Shown here: positions 42,056-52,694 of the stretch, in pieces
How the letters are laid out: every line of letters starts with the position of its first letter
Position numbering within the stretch: position 1 is the stretch's first letter
Source: an uncultured Acidimicrobiia bacterium
GTDB lineage: Bacteria; Actinomycetota; Acidimicrobiia; IMCC26256; JAENVU01
Assembly: GCA_963820025.1 (NCBI GenBank)
Contig: CAWFYL010000005.1
Coordinates: forward strand, 19,757-83,756
Length of the DNA: 64,000 nt
Reading direction: 5' to 3'
Made by a program: the position numbers and the translations under genes
The notes under the pieces: generated by a model
Told to the model about the DNA's origin: nothing
What the model saw: only the letters and a program-made list of their open reading frames with translations
Database searches by the model: none

Positions 42056-42117
42056 CCCCCGGAACAACGGGACGTTCGGCTCTCCAGGGCACCCGGAATC
42101 GTGTCGACAACCGGACC

Positions 42118-43866
42118 GTGAGCAGGAACATGCACGCCTCCCATCGCTGGCGGCGCGTGGCGCGCCGGATGGGGGCGATCGCGCCCCACCGCCAGCTCCA
42201 GATCCTCTGCGCGTCGTCGCTGGTCTCGGTGGGGGTCATCGTCGCGGGAGTCTTCTTCACGCTCGTCCCGACGCACGCCAGCCTGGACGGCTCGAACCGC
42301 GGACTCGTCCCGCCGGTCGAGGCGCTCGACCAGAGCCACGCGGCGTACAGCAAGACCAGTGACGCCTTCCAACTGGTGGTCAACCCGTCACCGACCGTCC
42401 GGGCCGCCGGCCTCAACCGGCTCGCCCAGCTGACCTCGACCGCCGAGGCCGGGTGGAACGCGTTCGAGCGGCGGTCGTCGCACCTGCCGGGCGAGAAGGC
42501 ACTGCGACGCGACTTCGTCTCCGATCGGGAGGCTGCGACGCGGGTGGGCTCGGTCTTCATCACCGAGAAGAACCCGTCGGCCGTCGAGCTCTCGGACGTC
42601 ACGGTCGCCACCGACCGCCTCACGCGCGACCTGAGCCGGATCCGGGAGCTCTACCAGACGCGGGTCCAGAACGTGCTCCGCGACGCGGCCGCCGACGTGC
42701 GTGCCACCGAGGTGCGGATCAGGCTGCTCAGCGGGGTGGTGCTCGTGCTCCTGCTCGTCGCGTTCGGAGTGGCGATCCGCTCCGCGGTCACCCGTGAGGA
42801 GCGCGTGACGAGGCTCGATCGCTCGATGCGAGAGGACGCCGAGCGCAACGAGCTCGAGGCCCGGGTCCAGCGGGCGCTCGAGATGGTGCCGGACGAAGGC
42901 GCGTCCTACGTGCTCGTCGAGCGGGCCTTGGCGAACGCGGCGCCGGACAACCCCTCCGAGCTGCTCCTGGCCGATTCGAGCCGGGCCCACTTCCGCCAGG
43001 TCGTCAGCAGCGACGAGCACGGTGGTCCGGGCTGCCCGGTGATGTCGCCGAAGGAGTGCCCGGCGACGACGCGCAGCCAGACCCTGATCTGGGACAGCAG
43101 CCGCGCGCTCGACGCCTGCCCGCACCTGCGCGACCGCCCGACCGGCGACTGCTCGGCGGCGTGCGTGCCGATGACTGTCGGCGGGAACACGATCGGGGTG
43201 GTGCACACGACCGCGCCCGACGGGGAGCCGCCGGACGAGTCCGTGCTCGCCAAGCTCGAGCTCATCACGCGCCGCGCCGGCGAGCGCATCGGGATGCTGC
43301 GGGCCTTCCTGCGCTCCCAGACCCAGGCCCACACCGATCCCCTGACCGGGCTCATGAACCGGCGGAGCCTCGAAGAGGAGGTGCGCGAGATCTCGGGCGA
43401 CGCCCGGTCGTACGTCGCGACGTACGGCGACCTCGACCACTTCAAGCAGCTCAACGACGTGTACGGTCACGACGCCGGCGATCAGGCGCTACGCCTTTTC
43501 GCCCGCGTGCTGCGCGACAGCGTGCGACCCGGCGACCTGGTCGCCCGCTACGGCGGTGAGGAGTTCGTCGTCATCCTGCCCGACTGCACGGTGCCGGACG
43601 CCCGGGCCGTCGTCGAACGCGTCCGCGAGCGGCTGTCGGCCGCGCTGGAAGGAGCGGCGGTGCCGCGGTTCACGGTCAGCTTCGGGCTCACGGTCTCCCG
43701 CCCGGAGCAGACGTTCAGCGAGACGCTCGAGGTCGCGGATGCGGCACTGCTCGACGCCAAGGCGACCGGCCGCGACCGGGTGGTCGTCGCCGGCACTGAG
43801 ACAGGTCCGAGCGAGGCGGACGCGCTGCGCACAGAGTCCTCCGAGCTGATGCCGCACCTGCAGTGA
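42118..43866 (+). CDS. Membrane-bound GAF + GGDEF diguanylate cyclase
   Basis: Two TM helices, Cys-rich GAF-like region, TDPLTGLMNRR, DLDHFK.LND.YGH, RYGGEEF. Confidence 0.88.
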   Translation: MSRNMHASHRWRRVARRMGAIAPHRQLQILCASSLVSVGVIVAGVFFTLVPTHASLDGSNRGLVPPVEALDQSHAAYSKTSDAFQLVVNPSPTVRAAGLNRLAQLTSTAEAGWNAFERRSSHLPGEKALRRDFVSDREAATRVGSVFITEKNPSAVELSDVTVATDRLTRDLSRIRELYQTRVQNVLRDAAADVRATEVRIRLLSGVVLVLLLVAFGVAIRSAVTREERVTRLDRSMREDAERNELEARVQRALEMVPDEGASYVLVERALANAAPDNPSELLLADSSRAHFRQVVSSDEHGGPGCPVMSPKECPATTRSQTLIWDSSRALDACPHLRDRPTGDCSAACVPMTVGGNTIGVVHTTAPDGEPPDESVLAKLELITRRAGERIGMLRAFLRSQTQAHTDPLTGLMNRRSLEEEVREISGDARSYVATYGDLDHFKQLNDVYGHDAGDQALRLFARVLRDSVRPGDLVARYGGEEFVVILPDCTVPDARAVVERVRERLSAALEGAAVPRFTVSFGLTVSRPEQTFSETLEVADAALLDAKATGRDRVVVAGTETGPSEADALRTESSELMPHLQ

Positions 43867-43872
43867 CGAGGT

Positions 43873-45714
43873 TCAGGCGCGAGGCGGCTTCTTCGAGTTG
43901 CGGGCGCGGCCGCGCTGGGCCTGGTCGAGGACGACCTTGCGCAGGCGTACGTTCTCGGGCGTGACCTCGACGCACTCGTCCTCGGCGATGAACTCGAGCG
44001 CCTGCTCCAGCGACATGGGTCGGGGCGGGGTCAGGCGGATCATGTCGTCGGCGCTCGCGGAGCGGGTGTTGGTGAGCTTCTTCTCGCGAGTGACGTTGAT
44101 GTCCATCTCCTCGCGGCGCGAGTTCTCGCCGACGATCATCCCCTCATAGACCTCGATGCCCGGGCCGATCAGCATCCCGCCGCGCTCCTGCAGGTTGAAG
44201 AGCGCGTAGCCGGTGCTCATGCCGCGCCGGTCGGACACGAGGCTGCCGTTCGGGCGGGACCGCATCTCGCCGAACCACTTCTCGTAGCCCTCGAACACGT
44301 GGTGCAGGATGCCCGTGCCGCGGGTCTCGGTGAGGAACTCGGTCCGGAACCCGATGAGCCCACGCGCCGGGACGACGTATTCCATCCGCACCCAGCCGGT
44401 GCCGTGGTTCACCATCTGCTCGAGCCGGCCCTTGCGCAGCGCAACGAGCTGGGTGACCACACCGAGGAAGTCCTCGGGCACGTCGATCGCCACCCGCTCG
44501 ACCGGCTCGTGCAGCTTCCCGTCGATCTCGCGCGTGACGACCTGCGGCTTGCCGACCGTCAGCTCGAACCCCTCGCGTCGCATCGTCTCGACCAGCACCG
44601 CGAGCTGCAGCTCGCCCCGGCCCTGGACCTCCCAGGCGTCGGGCCGCTCGGTGGCGAGCACGCGGATCGAGACGTTGCCGACCAGCTCGGAGTCGAGGCG
44701 CTGCTTCACGAGCCGGGCGGTGAGCTTCGAGCCCTCCTGGCCGGCGAGCGGTGAGGTGTTGATACCGATCGTCATCGACAGGCTCGGCTCGTCGACCGTG
44801 ATCGCGGGCAGCGCCACGGGGTTGTCGGCGTCCGCCAGGGTCTCACCGATCGTGACTTCGGCGAGCCCGGCGATCGCGCAGATCTCGCCCGCGCCGGCCT
44901 CGGCCGCGTCCACGCGGTCGAGTGCCTCGGCGACGTACAGCTCGGTGATCCGCACCTTCTCGATCGTCCCGTCGAGCCGGCACCACGCGACGGTCTGGCC
45001 CTTCGCGAGCGTGCCGTGCTGGATGCGGCAGAGCGCGAGCCGACCGAGGTACGGCGACGCGTCGAGGTTCGTGACGAGGGCCTGCAACGGGTGGCCCTCC
45101 TCGTAGCTCGGCGCGGGGATGTGGTCGAGGAGGAGCTCGAACAGCGGCTTGAGGTCGCTGCCCTCGGCTTCGGGGTCGAGCGACGCCCACCCGGCGCGCG
45201 CGTTCGCGTAGATGATCGGGAAGTCGATCTGGGTCTCGTCGGCGTCGAGGTCGAGGAAGAGCTCGTAGACCTCGTTGACGACCTCGCCGATGCGCGCGTC
45301 GGCCCGGTCGACCTTGTTCACCACGAGGATCACGGGCAGGCGGGCCTCGAGCGCCTTGCGGAGCACGAACCGGGTCTGGGGGAGCGGGCCTTCGCTCGCG
45401 TCGACGAGCAGCAGCACCCCGTCCACCATCGTCAGGCCCCGCTCGACCTCGCCTCCGAAGTCGGCGTGGCCGGGGGTGTCGACGATGTTGATCTTCACCC
45501 CGCCGTAGCGGACCGCGATGTTCTTGGCGAGGATCGTGATCCCCTTCTCGCGCTCGAGATCGTTCGAGTCGAGGACCCGGTCGTTGACCTCCTGGTTGTC
45601 GCGGAACGCGCCCGTCTGCCAGAGCATGGCGTCGACCAAGGTCGTCTTGCCGTGGTCGACGTGGGCGACGATGGCCACGTTCCGGAGATCGTCTCGCTGG
45701 GCGCGCGCGGACAT
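43873..45714 (-). CDS. typA: Translational GTPase TypA/BipA
   Basis: [42 protein letters not shown]. Confidence 0.97.
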   Translation of the reverse strand: MSARAQRDDLRNVAIVAHVDHGKTTLVDAMLWQTGAFRDNQEVNDRVLDSNDLEREKGITILAKNIAVRYGGVKINIVDTPGHADFGGEVERGLTMVDGVLLLVDASEGPLPQTRFVLRKALEARLPVILVVNKVDRADARIGEVVNEVYELFLDLDADETQIDFPIIYANARAGWASLDPEAEGSDLKPLFELLLDHIPAPSYEEGHPLQALVTNLDASPYLGRLALCRIQHGTLAKGQTVAWCRLDGTIEKVRITELYVAEALDRVDAAEAGAGEICAIAGLAEVTIGETLADADNPVALPAITVDEPSLSMTIGINTSPLAGQEGSKLTARLVKQRLDSELVGNVSIRVLATERPDAWEVQGRGELQLAVLVETMRREGFELTVGKPQVVTREIDGKLHEPVERVAIDVPEDFLGVVTQLVALRKGRLEQMVNHGTGWVRMEYVVPARGLIGFRTEFLTETRGTGILHHVFEGYEKWFGEMRSRPNGSLVSDRRGMSTGYALFNLQERGGMLIGPGIEVYEGMIVGENSRREEMDINVTREKKLTNTRSASADDMIRLTPPRPMSLEQALEFIAEDECVEVTPENVRLRKVVLDQAQRGRARNSKKPPRA

Positions 45715-45780
45715 GAGCCTTCTCTCGAACCTGGGCCGAACCGGCCCTGCGCCGCCGGGGTGCAGCGCGAACGCACCATT

Positions 45781-46413
45781 CTAGCGGTCCGCGGCGGCGT
45801 GCCCGTCCTCGGGGGAGGTCGCGGTCGCGGCGGCGGGAGCAGTCTCCTGCGCCGGCTCCGGCTTCGGCTCGGGCGGGAGGAGCATGTGCTCGCGGTAGAA
45901 GCGCAGCTCCTCGATGGACTCCCGGATGTCGTCGAGGGCCCGGTGCGTCTCCGTCTTGTCCGGCCGCTTCTTGTACACCGAGGGGTACCAGCGCCGGCAC
46001 AGCTCCTTGAACGAGCTCACGTCCACGCTGCGGTAGTGGAGGTACTGGTCCACCTCGGGCAGGTACCGGTCGAGGAAGCGGCGGTCGACGCCGATCGAGT
46101 TGCCGCACAGCGGGGTCGTGCCCGGCCCGGGCAGCCGCTCGGCGAAGTAGGCGAGCACCGCGGCACCGGCATCCGCGAGCGACCGCGTCGAAGCCTCGAT
46201 CGCGGGGAGGAGCCCGGACTTCGTGTGCATCTTGGTGACGAAGTCGTCCATCTGCGCGAGCGCCTCGGGCGGCGCGTGCACGACCAGGTCGATCCCTTCG
46301 TCGACGAGCTCGAGCTCCGAGTCCGTGAGCAGCACCGCGATCTCGACGATCGTGTGGCGCGCGGTGTCGAGCCCGGTCATCTCCAGGTCGATCCACACGA
46401 GCAGGTCGGACAT
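45781..46413 (-). CDS. orn: Oligoribonuclease
   Basis: WIDLEMTGLD, MHTKSGL, LHYRSVDVSS, HRALDDIRESI. Confidence 0.95.
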   Translation of the reverse strand: MSDLLVWIDLEMTGLDTARHTIVEIAVLLTDSELELVDEGIDLVVHAPPEALAQMDDFVTKMHTKSGLLPAIEASTRSLADAGAAVLAYFAERLPGPGTTPLCGNSIGVDRRFLDRYLPEVDQYLHYRSVDVSSFKELCRRWYPSVYKKRPDKTETHRALDDIRESIEELRFYREHMLLPPEPKPEPAQETAPAAATATSPEDGHAAADR

Positions 46414-46460
46414 CTCGGGGCGGCGCGCCACGCCCGCACCCTAACCGGGGACCTCCTCGT

Positions 46461-46576
46461 CGAAGATCTCCGACGGCCGATCGCCGGACGCATGGAGCCG
46501 AGAGGCCGTCGGCGGTTCCGAAGTTCTCCGACGGCTCATCGCCAGACCGCGTGGTGCGAGCGGCCGTCGGCGGTTC
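46461..46576. repeat. Tandem pair of imperfect 58-bp palindromic units
   Basis: 46461-46518 and 46519-46576 both read CGAAG.TCTCCGACGGC...GGCCGTCGGCGGTTC. Confidence 0.8.
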
Positions 46577-46634
46577 GGGCCGTGTCCGATGACCGGCGGG
46601 CCCCGGCGCTTCCGTCCTACGATCCGGCGACGGT

Positions 46635-47249
46635 ATGAGATCCCAACGCGATGCCCCCTGTCTGGAGGGCCCCAGGGTCGTGCTGCGGCCGCTGCGCGCC
46701 GCCGACTTCGACGCGTGGCACGCGGTGCGGGTCCGCAGCCGCGAGTGGCTCGAGACCTGGGAGCCGCTCCCCGAGCCCGGCAGCACCGATCCCGCGACGG
46801 ATCCCGACGCGTTCCGGGCCCGGTGCGGCGCGTGGGACCGTCAGCGCCAGTTCGACGCCGCCTACGGGTTCGGCGTGTTCCTGCGTGACGGCGAGCGGTT
46901 CGCGGGCGAGGTGAGCCTGGGCAACGTGCAGCGCGGCCCGTTCCAGTCCGCGTACGTCGGGTACTGGATCGACGAGGGCGCGGCCGGACACGGCTACATC
47001 CCCGAGGGCGTCGTGCTGATGCTGCGGTACGCGTTCGACGACCTCCGCCTGCACCGCATCGAGGCCGCGATCGTTCCCCGCAACGCGCCCAGCCGCCGCG
47101 TCGCCGACAAGCTCGGTCTGCGTGACGAGGGCGTCGCGCGCCGGTTGCTGCAGATCCGCGGGGTCTACGAGGACCACGTCCGCTACGCGATCACCTACGA
47201 GGAGTGGGAGCAGCGGCGCGCCGAGCTCACCGAGACCTTCCTCACCTAG
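46635..47249 (+). CDS. RimJ/RimL family GNAT acetyltransferase
   Basis: LRPL, WLETWEP, RGPFQSAYVGYWID, LHRIEA, N..SRRV..KLG, DH. Confidence 0.88.
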   Translation: MRSQRDAPCLEGPRVVLRPLRAADFDAWHAVRVRSREWLETWEPLPEPGSTDPATDPDAFRARCGAWDRQRQFDAAYGFGVFLRDGERFAGEVSLGNVQRGPFQSAYVGYWIDEGAAGHGYIPEGVVLMLRYAFDDLRLHRIEAAIVPRNAPSRRVADKLGLRDEGVARRLLQIRGVYEDHVRYAITYEEWEQRRAELTETFLT

Positions 47250-47280
47250 ATCCCCGCTCCACCGCTCGGGGCCGCTGCAC

Positions 47281-47314
47281 GCTCCGCACTTCGTGCCCGC
47301 TCCGCCCTCCGCTC
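47281..47314 (+). repeat. Bipartite intergenic motif shared with 31012-31057
   Basis: GCTCCGCACTTCG-tgcccgc-TCCGCCCTCCGCTC. Confidence 0.55.
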
Positions 47315-47348
47315 GACCGGGTCGAAGGGCTGCAGGGCTCGCGTCGGC

Positions 47349-47981
47349 TCAGTGCAGGCCGAGGATCGAGAAGCTCTTCGACAGCCGGGCGAACGGCGCC
47401 GTGTCCGGGCCCTTCACCTTCGCCTGGACCGCGAACAGGCGGTCCTGGGTGAGGAAGAGCGAGGTGCGGTAGTACTCGGTCCCCTTCCGGAAGACGACGT
47501 CCTTCACCGCGACCGCGCCGAACGGGACCGGGTCCGTCTGCGACACGATCTCGCCGCCGACCTGGTCGGCGAGGGATCCGGCGGCGGTGTTGAGGGTGGC
47601 GGTGAAGCTCTCGAGCGCGGTCTCGGTCTGCGGCTCGCGGGTCACGGAGAACTGGTAGCCGGTGCCGGGGGTGCTGACCACGACGATGGTCGGGCCGCCC
47701 GCGCTCGCATGCTCGGTGCGGCGGGGCGTGGTCGGGAGCTCGACCTTGAACCCGTCGCGCAGCGACTCGTAGAGCTGGCCCGTCTTGCCCTGGGCGTAGC
47801 GCTCGACGACGGACCCCCCGCTCGACGCGAAGACCTGGCTCCACACGAACCAGATGGCGCACACGGCAACTACCGCCACACCGATCCAAGCGACGACGAG
47901 GCCGATCGTGCGCCCGGTGCCGGGACCGACGGGGATCGCGTCGATCGCATCGGCGTCAGTCGGCTCGGTGACCTGGCTCAC
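47349..47981 (-). CDS. Hypothetical single-TM protein
   Basis: N-terminal TM helix, host-like codon usage, GAAAGGG upstream of the GTG start. Confidence 0.65.
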   Translation of the reverse strand: MSQVTEPTDADAIDAIPVGPGTGRTIGLVVAWIGVAVVAVCAIWFVWSQVFASSGGSVVERYAQGKTGQLYESLRDGFKVELPTTPRRTEHASAGGPTIVVVSTPGTGYQFSVTREPQTETALESFTATLNTAAGSLADQVGGEIVSQTDPVPFGAVAVKDVVFRKGTEYYRTSLFLTQDRLFAVQAKVKGPDTAPFARLSKSFSILGLH

Positions 47982-48077
47982 GCGGTGCCCTTTCGTGGTC
48001 GGTGCGGGCTCCACGACCGGGCCCGTCCGCCGCCTGCGCCCGGCAGCGTAGGCGCGGCCGTACCCGAGATCAGACCG

Positions 48078-48833
48078 TCAGCGCTCCCGGCGTGCCGCGC
48101 GCACGCGCTCGGCGAGCTCGGGCTGGCGCAACGACCACACCTGGTGCTCGAGCTCGAACCGCAACGCCTCGTCGAATCCGGCGTGCCAGGGCGCGTGGCG
48201 CAGCGTCGCCTTGACCCGGATCGCGAGCTCGCGGGGCGCGTCGGCGGCGCGAGCGGCGAGCTCGGCAGCCCGGTCGACCAGCTCGGCGTCCGGGACGCAC
48301 TCCCACGCCAGCCCGGTCTGCGCGGCGCGCCGGCCGTCCAGCCGCTCGCCGAACAGGTTCATCGCGGCGGAGGTCTGGGGCCCGACGGCCCGGTCGAGCA
48401 GCCACGTGTGCCCGCCGCCAGGGTGGATGCCGATGCGGAGGAAGCGTGCGTCGAACCGTGCGCTGACCCCTGCGATCCGGACGTCGCACGCGAGCGCGAG
48501 GTTCAGGCCGGCCCCGACCGCGGGCCCGTTCACCGCCGCGATCGTCGGGAGCGGGCAGTCGAGCACGCGCAAGAAGCCGGCGTAGATGTCGCGCACGTCG
48601 TGCGGGTCCTCGCCGGTCTCCCCGAGCCGGGTCAGCGCGGTGACGTCCGCGCCCGAGCAGAACGCCGGTGGCGTGCCCGTCACCACGAGCGCGCCAATCC
48701 CATCGTCCACGGCGAGCGTGTCAACCGCTCCGGTCAGCGCCTCGACCATGTCACGGCTCAGGGCGTTGCGCCGCTCGGCATCGTCGAGCGTGATGACCGC
48801 GACGCGCTCGCGCCGTTCGACGTGCAGCGCCAT
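48078..48833 (-). CDS. Enoyl-CoA hydratase/isomerase family
   Basis: RNAL, FCSGAD, AVNGPAVGAG, ACDVR. Confidence 0.9.
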   Translation of the reverse strand: MALHVERRERVAVITLDDAERRNALSRDMVEALTGAVDTLAVDDGIGALVVTGTPPAFCSGADVTALTRLGETGEDPHDVRDIYAGFLRVLDCPLPTIAAVNGPAVGAGLNLALACDVRIAGVSARFDARFLRIGIHPGGGHTWLLDRAVGPQTSAAMNLFGERLDGRRAAQTGLAWECVPDAELVDRAAELAARAADAPRELAIRVKATLRHAPWHAGFDEALRFELEHQVWSLRQPELAERVRAARRER

Positions 48834-49868
48834 CTATTGGTCGCGGATCACGGCGGGCGAGTGCCGGAAGAAGGTCTCGACGTCCCGCTCGAACTTGTAC
48901 GCCGGGTTCTTGTCGCCGACCGCCCGTTCCAGGCGGAGCCCGCGGGCAAAGGCGTCGACGGTTCCCGCGGTGCTGTAGCGGTACCGGAACCCGGTCCGCT
49001 TGAACGGGCTGTTGTCGACGCCGCGCCCGTAGCGCAGGATGCTCAGCACCTCGGGCGGCAGCTCCACGATCCGCAGCATCCGCAGGGGCTCGGCAGCCCA
49101 CGCGGTGAGCAGCGGCGGGAGCGGGAGGCGCCGCTTCCCGACGATGGTGCAGACCTCGCTCCACGGCATCGCGCCGTCGCCGGCGATGTTGTAGATGCCG
49201 GGCACGTCGTTCAGGGTCGCGTGCAGGAGCGCGCCGGTGACGTCGTCCTCGTGGGTGAACTGGAGGCGGGGGTCGAAGCCGAAGATCTCGGGGACGATGG
49301 GGAGCCGGAGCGCGTGGGAGAACGTCGTGGAGATGTCGTCGCCGAGGACGTTCGAGAACCGCAGCTTCGTGACCGTCATGTGGGGGTTGTCGATGGCGAA
49401 GTCGCGCACGAACGCGGCCGCGTCGAGCAGCGACCGCTCGACCCGGGTGCGGGGAGGGCGGGTCCGCGGCATCGACTCGCGGAAGAAGTACGGGTCCTTG
49501 TAGTTGGCGCCGTACATCAGCGTCGAGCTCTTCACGATCAGCTTGCGGACCGGGCTGCCGGCGGAGCCCGCCGCTGCGAGCAGGTTCATGGTGCCGATGA
49601 CGTTGATCTCGTGGAGCGCCCGGCCCGAGATCTCGGTCGAGTCGACGATGAGGTGCGTGTGCAGGATCGTGTCGACCTTGGTCGCCCGCACGATGCGCTC
49701 GAGGATGGAGTAGTTCGAGTCGGCCCGCACGAACTCGGTGCGCTCGAGCGGCAGCCGGGGCTCGTCGCTGTCGAGGCCGACGATCGTCTCGACCCCGTCC
49801 ATCTGCTCGAGCTGCTGCGCGAGGCGGCTGCCCCAGAACGTGCCGAGCCCGGTGACGAGGATCCTCAT
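48834..49868 (-). CDS. NAD-dependent epimerase/dehydratase (Rv0501-like)
   Basis: ILVTG, INVIGTMNL, KSS..YG, GFDPRLQF.HEDD. Confidence 0.85.
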   Translation of the reverse strand: MRILVTGLGTFWGSRLAQQLEQMDGVETIVGLDSDEPRLPLERTEFVRADSNYSILERIVRATKVDTILHTHLIVDSTEISGRALHEINVIGTMNLLAAAGSAGSPVRKLIVKSSTLMYGANYKDPYFFRESMPRTRPPRTRVERSLLDAAAFVRDFAIDNPHMTVTKLRFSNVLGDDISTTFSHALRLPIVPEIFGFDPRLQFTHEDDVTGALLHATLNDVPGIYNIAGDGAMPWSEVCTIVGKRRLPLPPLLTAWAAEPLRMLRIVELPPEVLSILRYGRGVDNSPFKRTGFRYRYSTAGTVDAFARGLRLERAVGDKNPAYKFERDVETFFRHSPAVIRDQ

Positions 49869-49869
49869 C

Positions 49870-50895
49870 TCAGCCGAACCAGACGCTGCGACGGGTGCGC
49901 AGCATGTCGTAGAGCGCTTCCTGGACCTGCTCGCGGATCTTCTCCGCCTCCTCCATCACGAGGGCACGCGGGTAGCGCTCCTGGTCCGGGTGCACGTCGA
50001 AGTGGACGGGCGGCAGGACGCGCAGCCGGAACTTCGCGGGCAGGTAGATCCCGAGGCCCGCGGGCCCGAACGCGAGCATGTTCGCGGTGACGGGGAAGTA
50101 CGGGACGTTGAGCAGCGCGGCGAGCCGACGGCTCTTGAAGAGCATCGGCATCGACTCCTCGGCGCCGACGACCGCGATGGGAACGATCGGCACGCCGGAG
50201 CGCATGGCGATCTCGACGAAGCCGCCCCGACCGAACCGGTGGAGCTTGTAGCGGTCGCGGAAGAGCTTGCCGGTGCCCTTCGCACCTTCGGGGAACACGA
50301 GCGCGAGCTGCTGGTCGTCGTGCAGCAGCCGGTAGGCATTGTCGGGGTGCGCGGGCACGCCCCCCGAGCGCGCCCAGAGCGTGCCGATGACGGGCAGCGC
50401 GCGGAACAGGTACTCGGCCATCCCGTACACGGGCCGGCGGAGCTCGGTCTCGATCCCGTGCATGATCACCGGCACGTCGGAGGGGATCGCCGCCGCATGA
50501 TTCGCGATCAGCAGGGCGCCGCCTTCGCGGGGGACGTGCTCGAGGCCCTCCCACTCGGCGCGGAACCAGTGCTTGTACACCGGGTCGTAGAGCGTCCGCG
50601 CGAGCGCGCGCAGGCTCTCGCTGCGCCCCCACGCATCGACGTCGCCGCGGCGGATGCGGTGGTCCTCGGGCTCGAGGTCGAGCCGCTCGGGGCGGGGCGC
50701 GGGCACCAGCGACAGCCCTGGCGCGTCGGGATCGATCGCGTCGCCGTCGAGCATCTCGATCGGCGCGGGTGGCTCGGCTTCGATGTTCGGCGTCCCGGAC
50801 GCGGACGCGTCGACGTCGCGCGGCGGGAGGAACTGCGCCTCTCCGTCTCCAGGGCGATCGCTCACCGTCAGAGGAAACCGCGTCGGGCCCGGCAC
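49870..50895 (-). CDS. Lysophospholipid acyltransferase family (Rv0502-like)
   Basis: NHAAAIPSD (HxxxxxD), VFPEG.KG, FGRGGFV. Confidence 0.88.
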   Translation of the reverse strand: MPGPTRFPLTVSDRPGDGEAQFLPPRDVDASASGTPNIEAEPPAPIEMLDGDAIDPDAPGLSLVPAPRPERLDLEPEDHRIRRGDVDAWGRSESLRALARTLYDPVYKHWFRAEWEGLEHVPREGGALLIANHAAAIPSDVPVIMHGIETELRRPVYGMAEYLFRALPVIGTLWARSGGVPAHPDNAYRLLHDDQQLALVFPEGAKGTGKLFRDRYKLHRFGRGGFVEIAMRSGVPIVPIAVVGAEESMPMLFKSRRLAALLNVPYFPVTANMLAFGPAGLGIYLPAKFRLRVLPPVHFDVHPDQERYPRALVMEEAEKIREQVQEALYDMLRTRRSVWFG

Positions 50896-50932
50896 CGCAA
50901 GCCAAAGCCTTCCGCCGCAGGGACCGGTCGGG

Positions 50933-52264
50933 TCAACCCCGCACCGCGCCGGTCACGAGCCACCGATCCGTGACGTACCGGCTGCCCATCCCGACCAGGC
51001 GCGCGAGCACCCAGAGCGAGAAGGCGGCCCACAGCAGGAGCAGGCCCCCGTCGGCCGCGACGACGACCCCGACCGCCGGGAGGTAGACGACCGTCGCGAC
51101 CGCCATGGCCGCGGCCAGGTACCGGGAGTCCCCGGCGCCGATGAGGATCCCGTCGAGCACGAAGACCGCGGCTGCCGCCGGCTGGAGCGCGGCGACGAAC
51201 CAGAGGACCTGCTCGGCGAGCGTGGCCACCGCCGAGCCATCGGTGAACAGGGGAACCAGCACCGGGCGCAGCACCGCAGTGAGGGTGCCGAGGATCAGGC
51301 CGGCGGCGATCCCGATCTCGAGCATCCGACGTGACGCGTCGCGGGCCCCGGTCTCGTCGTCCGCCCCGAGCAGCTTGCCGATCAGGGCCTGACCCGCGAT
51401 CGCGATCGCGTCGAGCGCGAGCGCCAGGAACGTCCAGATCTGGAACGCGATCTGGTGGGCCGCGACCGCGACGTCCGAGATGCGGGCGGCGACGGCGGTG
51501 GTGAGCAGGAGCGCGAGGAGGAGCGAGCCGGTCCGCACGATCAGGTGGCTGCCCACGACCGCCGTGGCCTTCACCCCCGCGGCGCGGGGCCGGATCGACG
51601 CCCGGGCCCGGCGCGCCGTCCGCCCGACGATCACGAGGAAGGCGGCCGCGGCCAGCACCTGGGCCGCGACCGTGCCCCACGCCGAGCCCGCGATTCCGGT
51701 GTCCAACCCGTAGACGAGCAGCACCTCGAGCGCGAGGTTCACCGTGTTCGCGGCGACCGCGATCACGAGGGTCGTGCGCGTGTCCTGCAGGCCGCGCAGG
51801 TAGCCCGCACCACCGAGCGCGACGAGCACGAACGGCGCCCCGAGCAGGCTGATGCGCAGGTAGGTGAGCGCGAACGGATGCACCGACGCGGAGGCCCCCA
51901 TGACGTCGACGACGACCGGCGCGAGGAGGATCCCCGCGAGCATGAGGACCAGACCGAGCCCGGCGGCGAGCCAGATCCCGTCGATGCCCTGCTCGGCCGC
52001 AGCGCGCTCGTCGCCCGCGCCCAGCCGGCGCGCCACGGCGCTCGTCGTGGTGTAGGCGAGGAAGTTGAAGATGCCGAATGCGGCGGTGAGCACGATGCTC
52101 GCGACGGCCAGCCCGCCGAGCGGCCGGACCCCGAGGTTGCCGACGATCGCGGTGTCGGCGAGGAGGTAGAGCGGCTCGGCGATCAGGGCTCCGAAGGCCG
52201 GTACCGCGAGCCGGGCGATGGACCGGTCGTGCGTACGGCGGTGGGCTGGCGGTCGGCGAGGCAT
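50933..52264 (-). CDS. MATE family efflux transporter (DinF-like)
   Basis: ALIAEPLYLLADTAIVG, GYLRGLQDT, AAHQ, DGILIGAGD, about 12 TM. Confidence 0.92.
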   Translation of the reverse strand: MPRRPPAHRRTHDRSIARLAVPAFGALIAEPLYLLADTAIVGNLGVRPLGGLAVASIVLTAAFGIFNFLAYTTTSAVARRLGAGDERAAAEQGIDGIWLAAGLGLVLMLAGILLAPVVVDVMGASASVHPFALTYLRISLLGAPFVLVALGGAGYLRGLQDTRTTLVIAVAANTVNLALEVLLVYGLDTGIAGSAWGTVAAQVLAAAAFLVIVGRTARRARASIRPRAAGVKATAVVGSHLIVRTGSLLLALLLTTAVAARISDVAVAAHQIAFQIWTFLALALDAIAIAGQALIGKLLGADDETGARDASRRMLEIGIAAGLILGTLTAVLRPVLVPLFTDGSAVATLAEQVLWFVAALQPAAAAVFVLDGILIGAGDSRYLAAAMAVATVVYLPAVGVVVAADGGLLLLWAAFSLWVLARLVGMGSRYVTDRWLVTGAVRG

Positions 52265-52316
52265 CGCGCCGGACGCTACCGGCGTAGCTGTCCCAGGCCC
52301 GTGAGAGATTCGACGA

Positions 52317-52694
52317 GTGGAAGGGGTCCCTGCGCTGCGCTTCGCCACCGCCGCCCGGCGGCTCGGCGCGGCCGCGCGGGCGTCGGGGCTCGTAGTCCCC
52401 GCGTTCCGCAGCCCGCCGCGCGTTCGCGGCGCGCGGCGGACGCTGAAGCGGTACCCGGGCGGCGCGGTGGTCTCGGTCCAGCTGCGCGGCCGTAGCTACG
52501 GCGACGTCGTCGCCGACATGATCGACGGGGTGCTCGCCGCGAACCGGGTCGGCACCGAGTCCGGGCCCCGCCTACGCCGCGCGTTCCAGCTCGCGCTCGG
52601 CGAGCCCGACGTCGACCTCACGAGCCCGGAGCCGGATCCGCCTACCCTGGTCGCCCACGCCCGGGTGGCGGAACGGCAGACGCAGGCGGCTTAA
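52317..52694 (+). CDS. Hypothetical protein overlapping the 5' part of tRNA-Leu
   Basis: FRSPPR, VVADMIDGVLAAN, host-like codon usage. Its stop codon TAA (52692-52694) is the tRNA anticodon. Confidence 0.6.
   Translation: MEGVPALRFATAARRLGAAARASGLVVPAFRSPPRVRGARRTLKRYPGGAVVSVQLRGRSYGDVVADMIDGVLAANRVGTESGPRLRRAFQLALGEPDVDLTSPEPDPPTLVAHARVAERQTQAA

Noticed and set aside
46461-46576. CRISPR array (also considered for the 47-bp repeats)
   Set aside because: No repeat-spacer periodicity, only 2-3 copies, and no cas genes.
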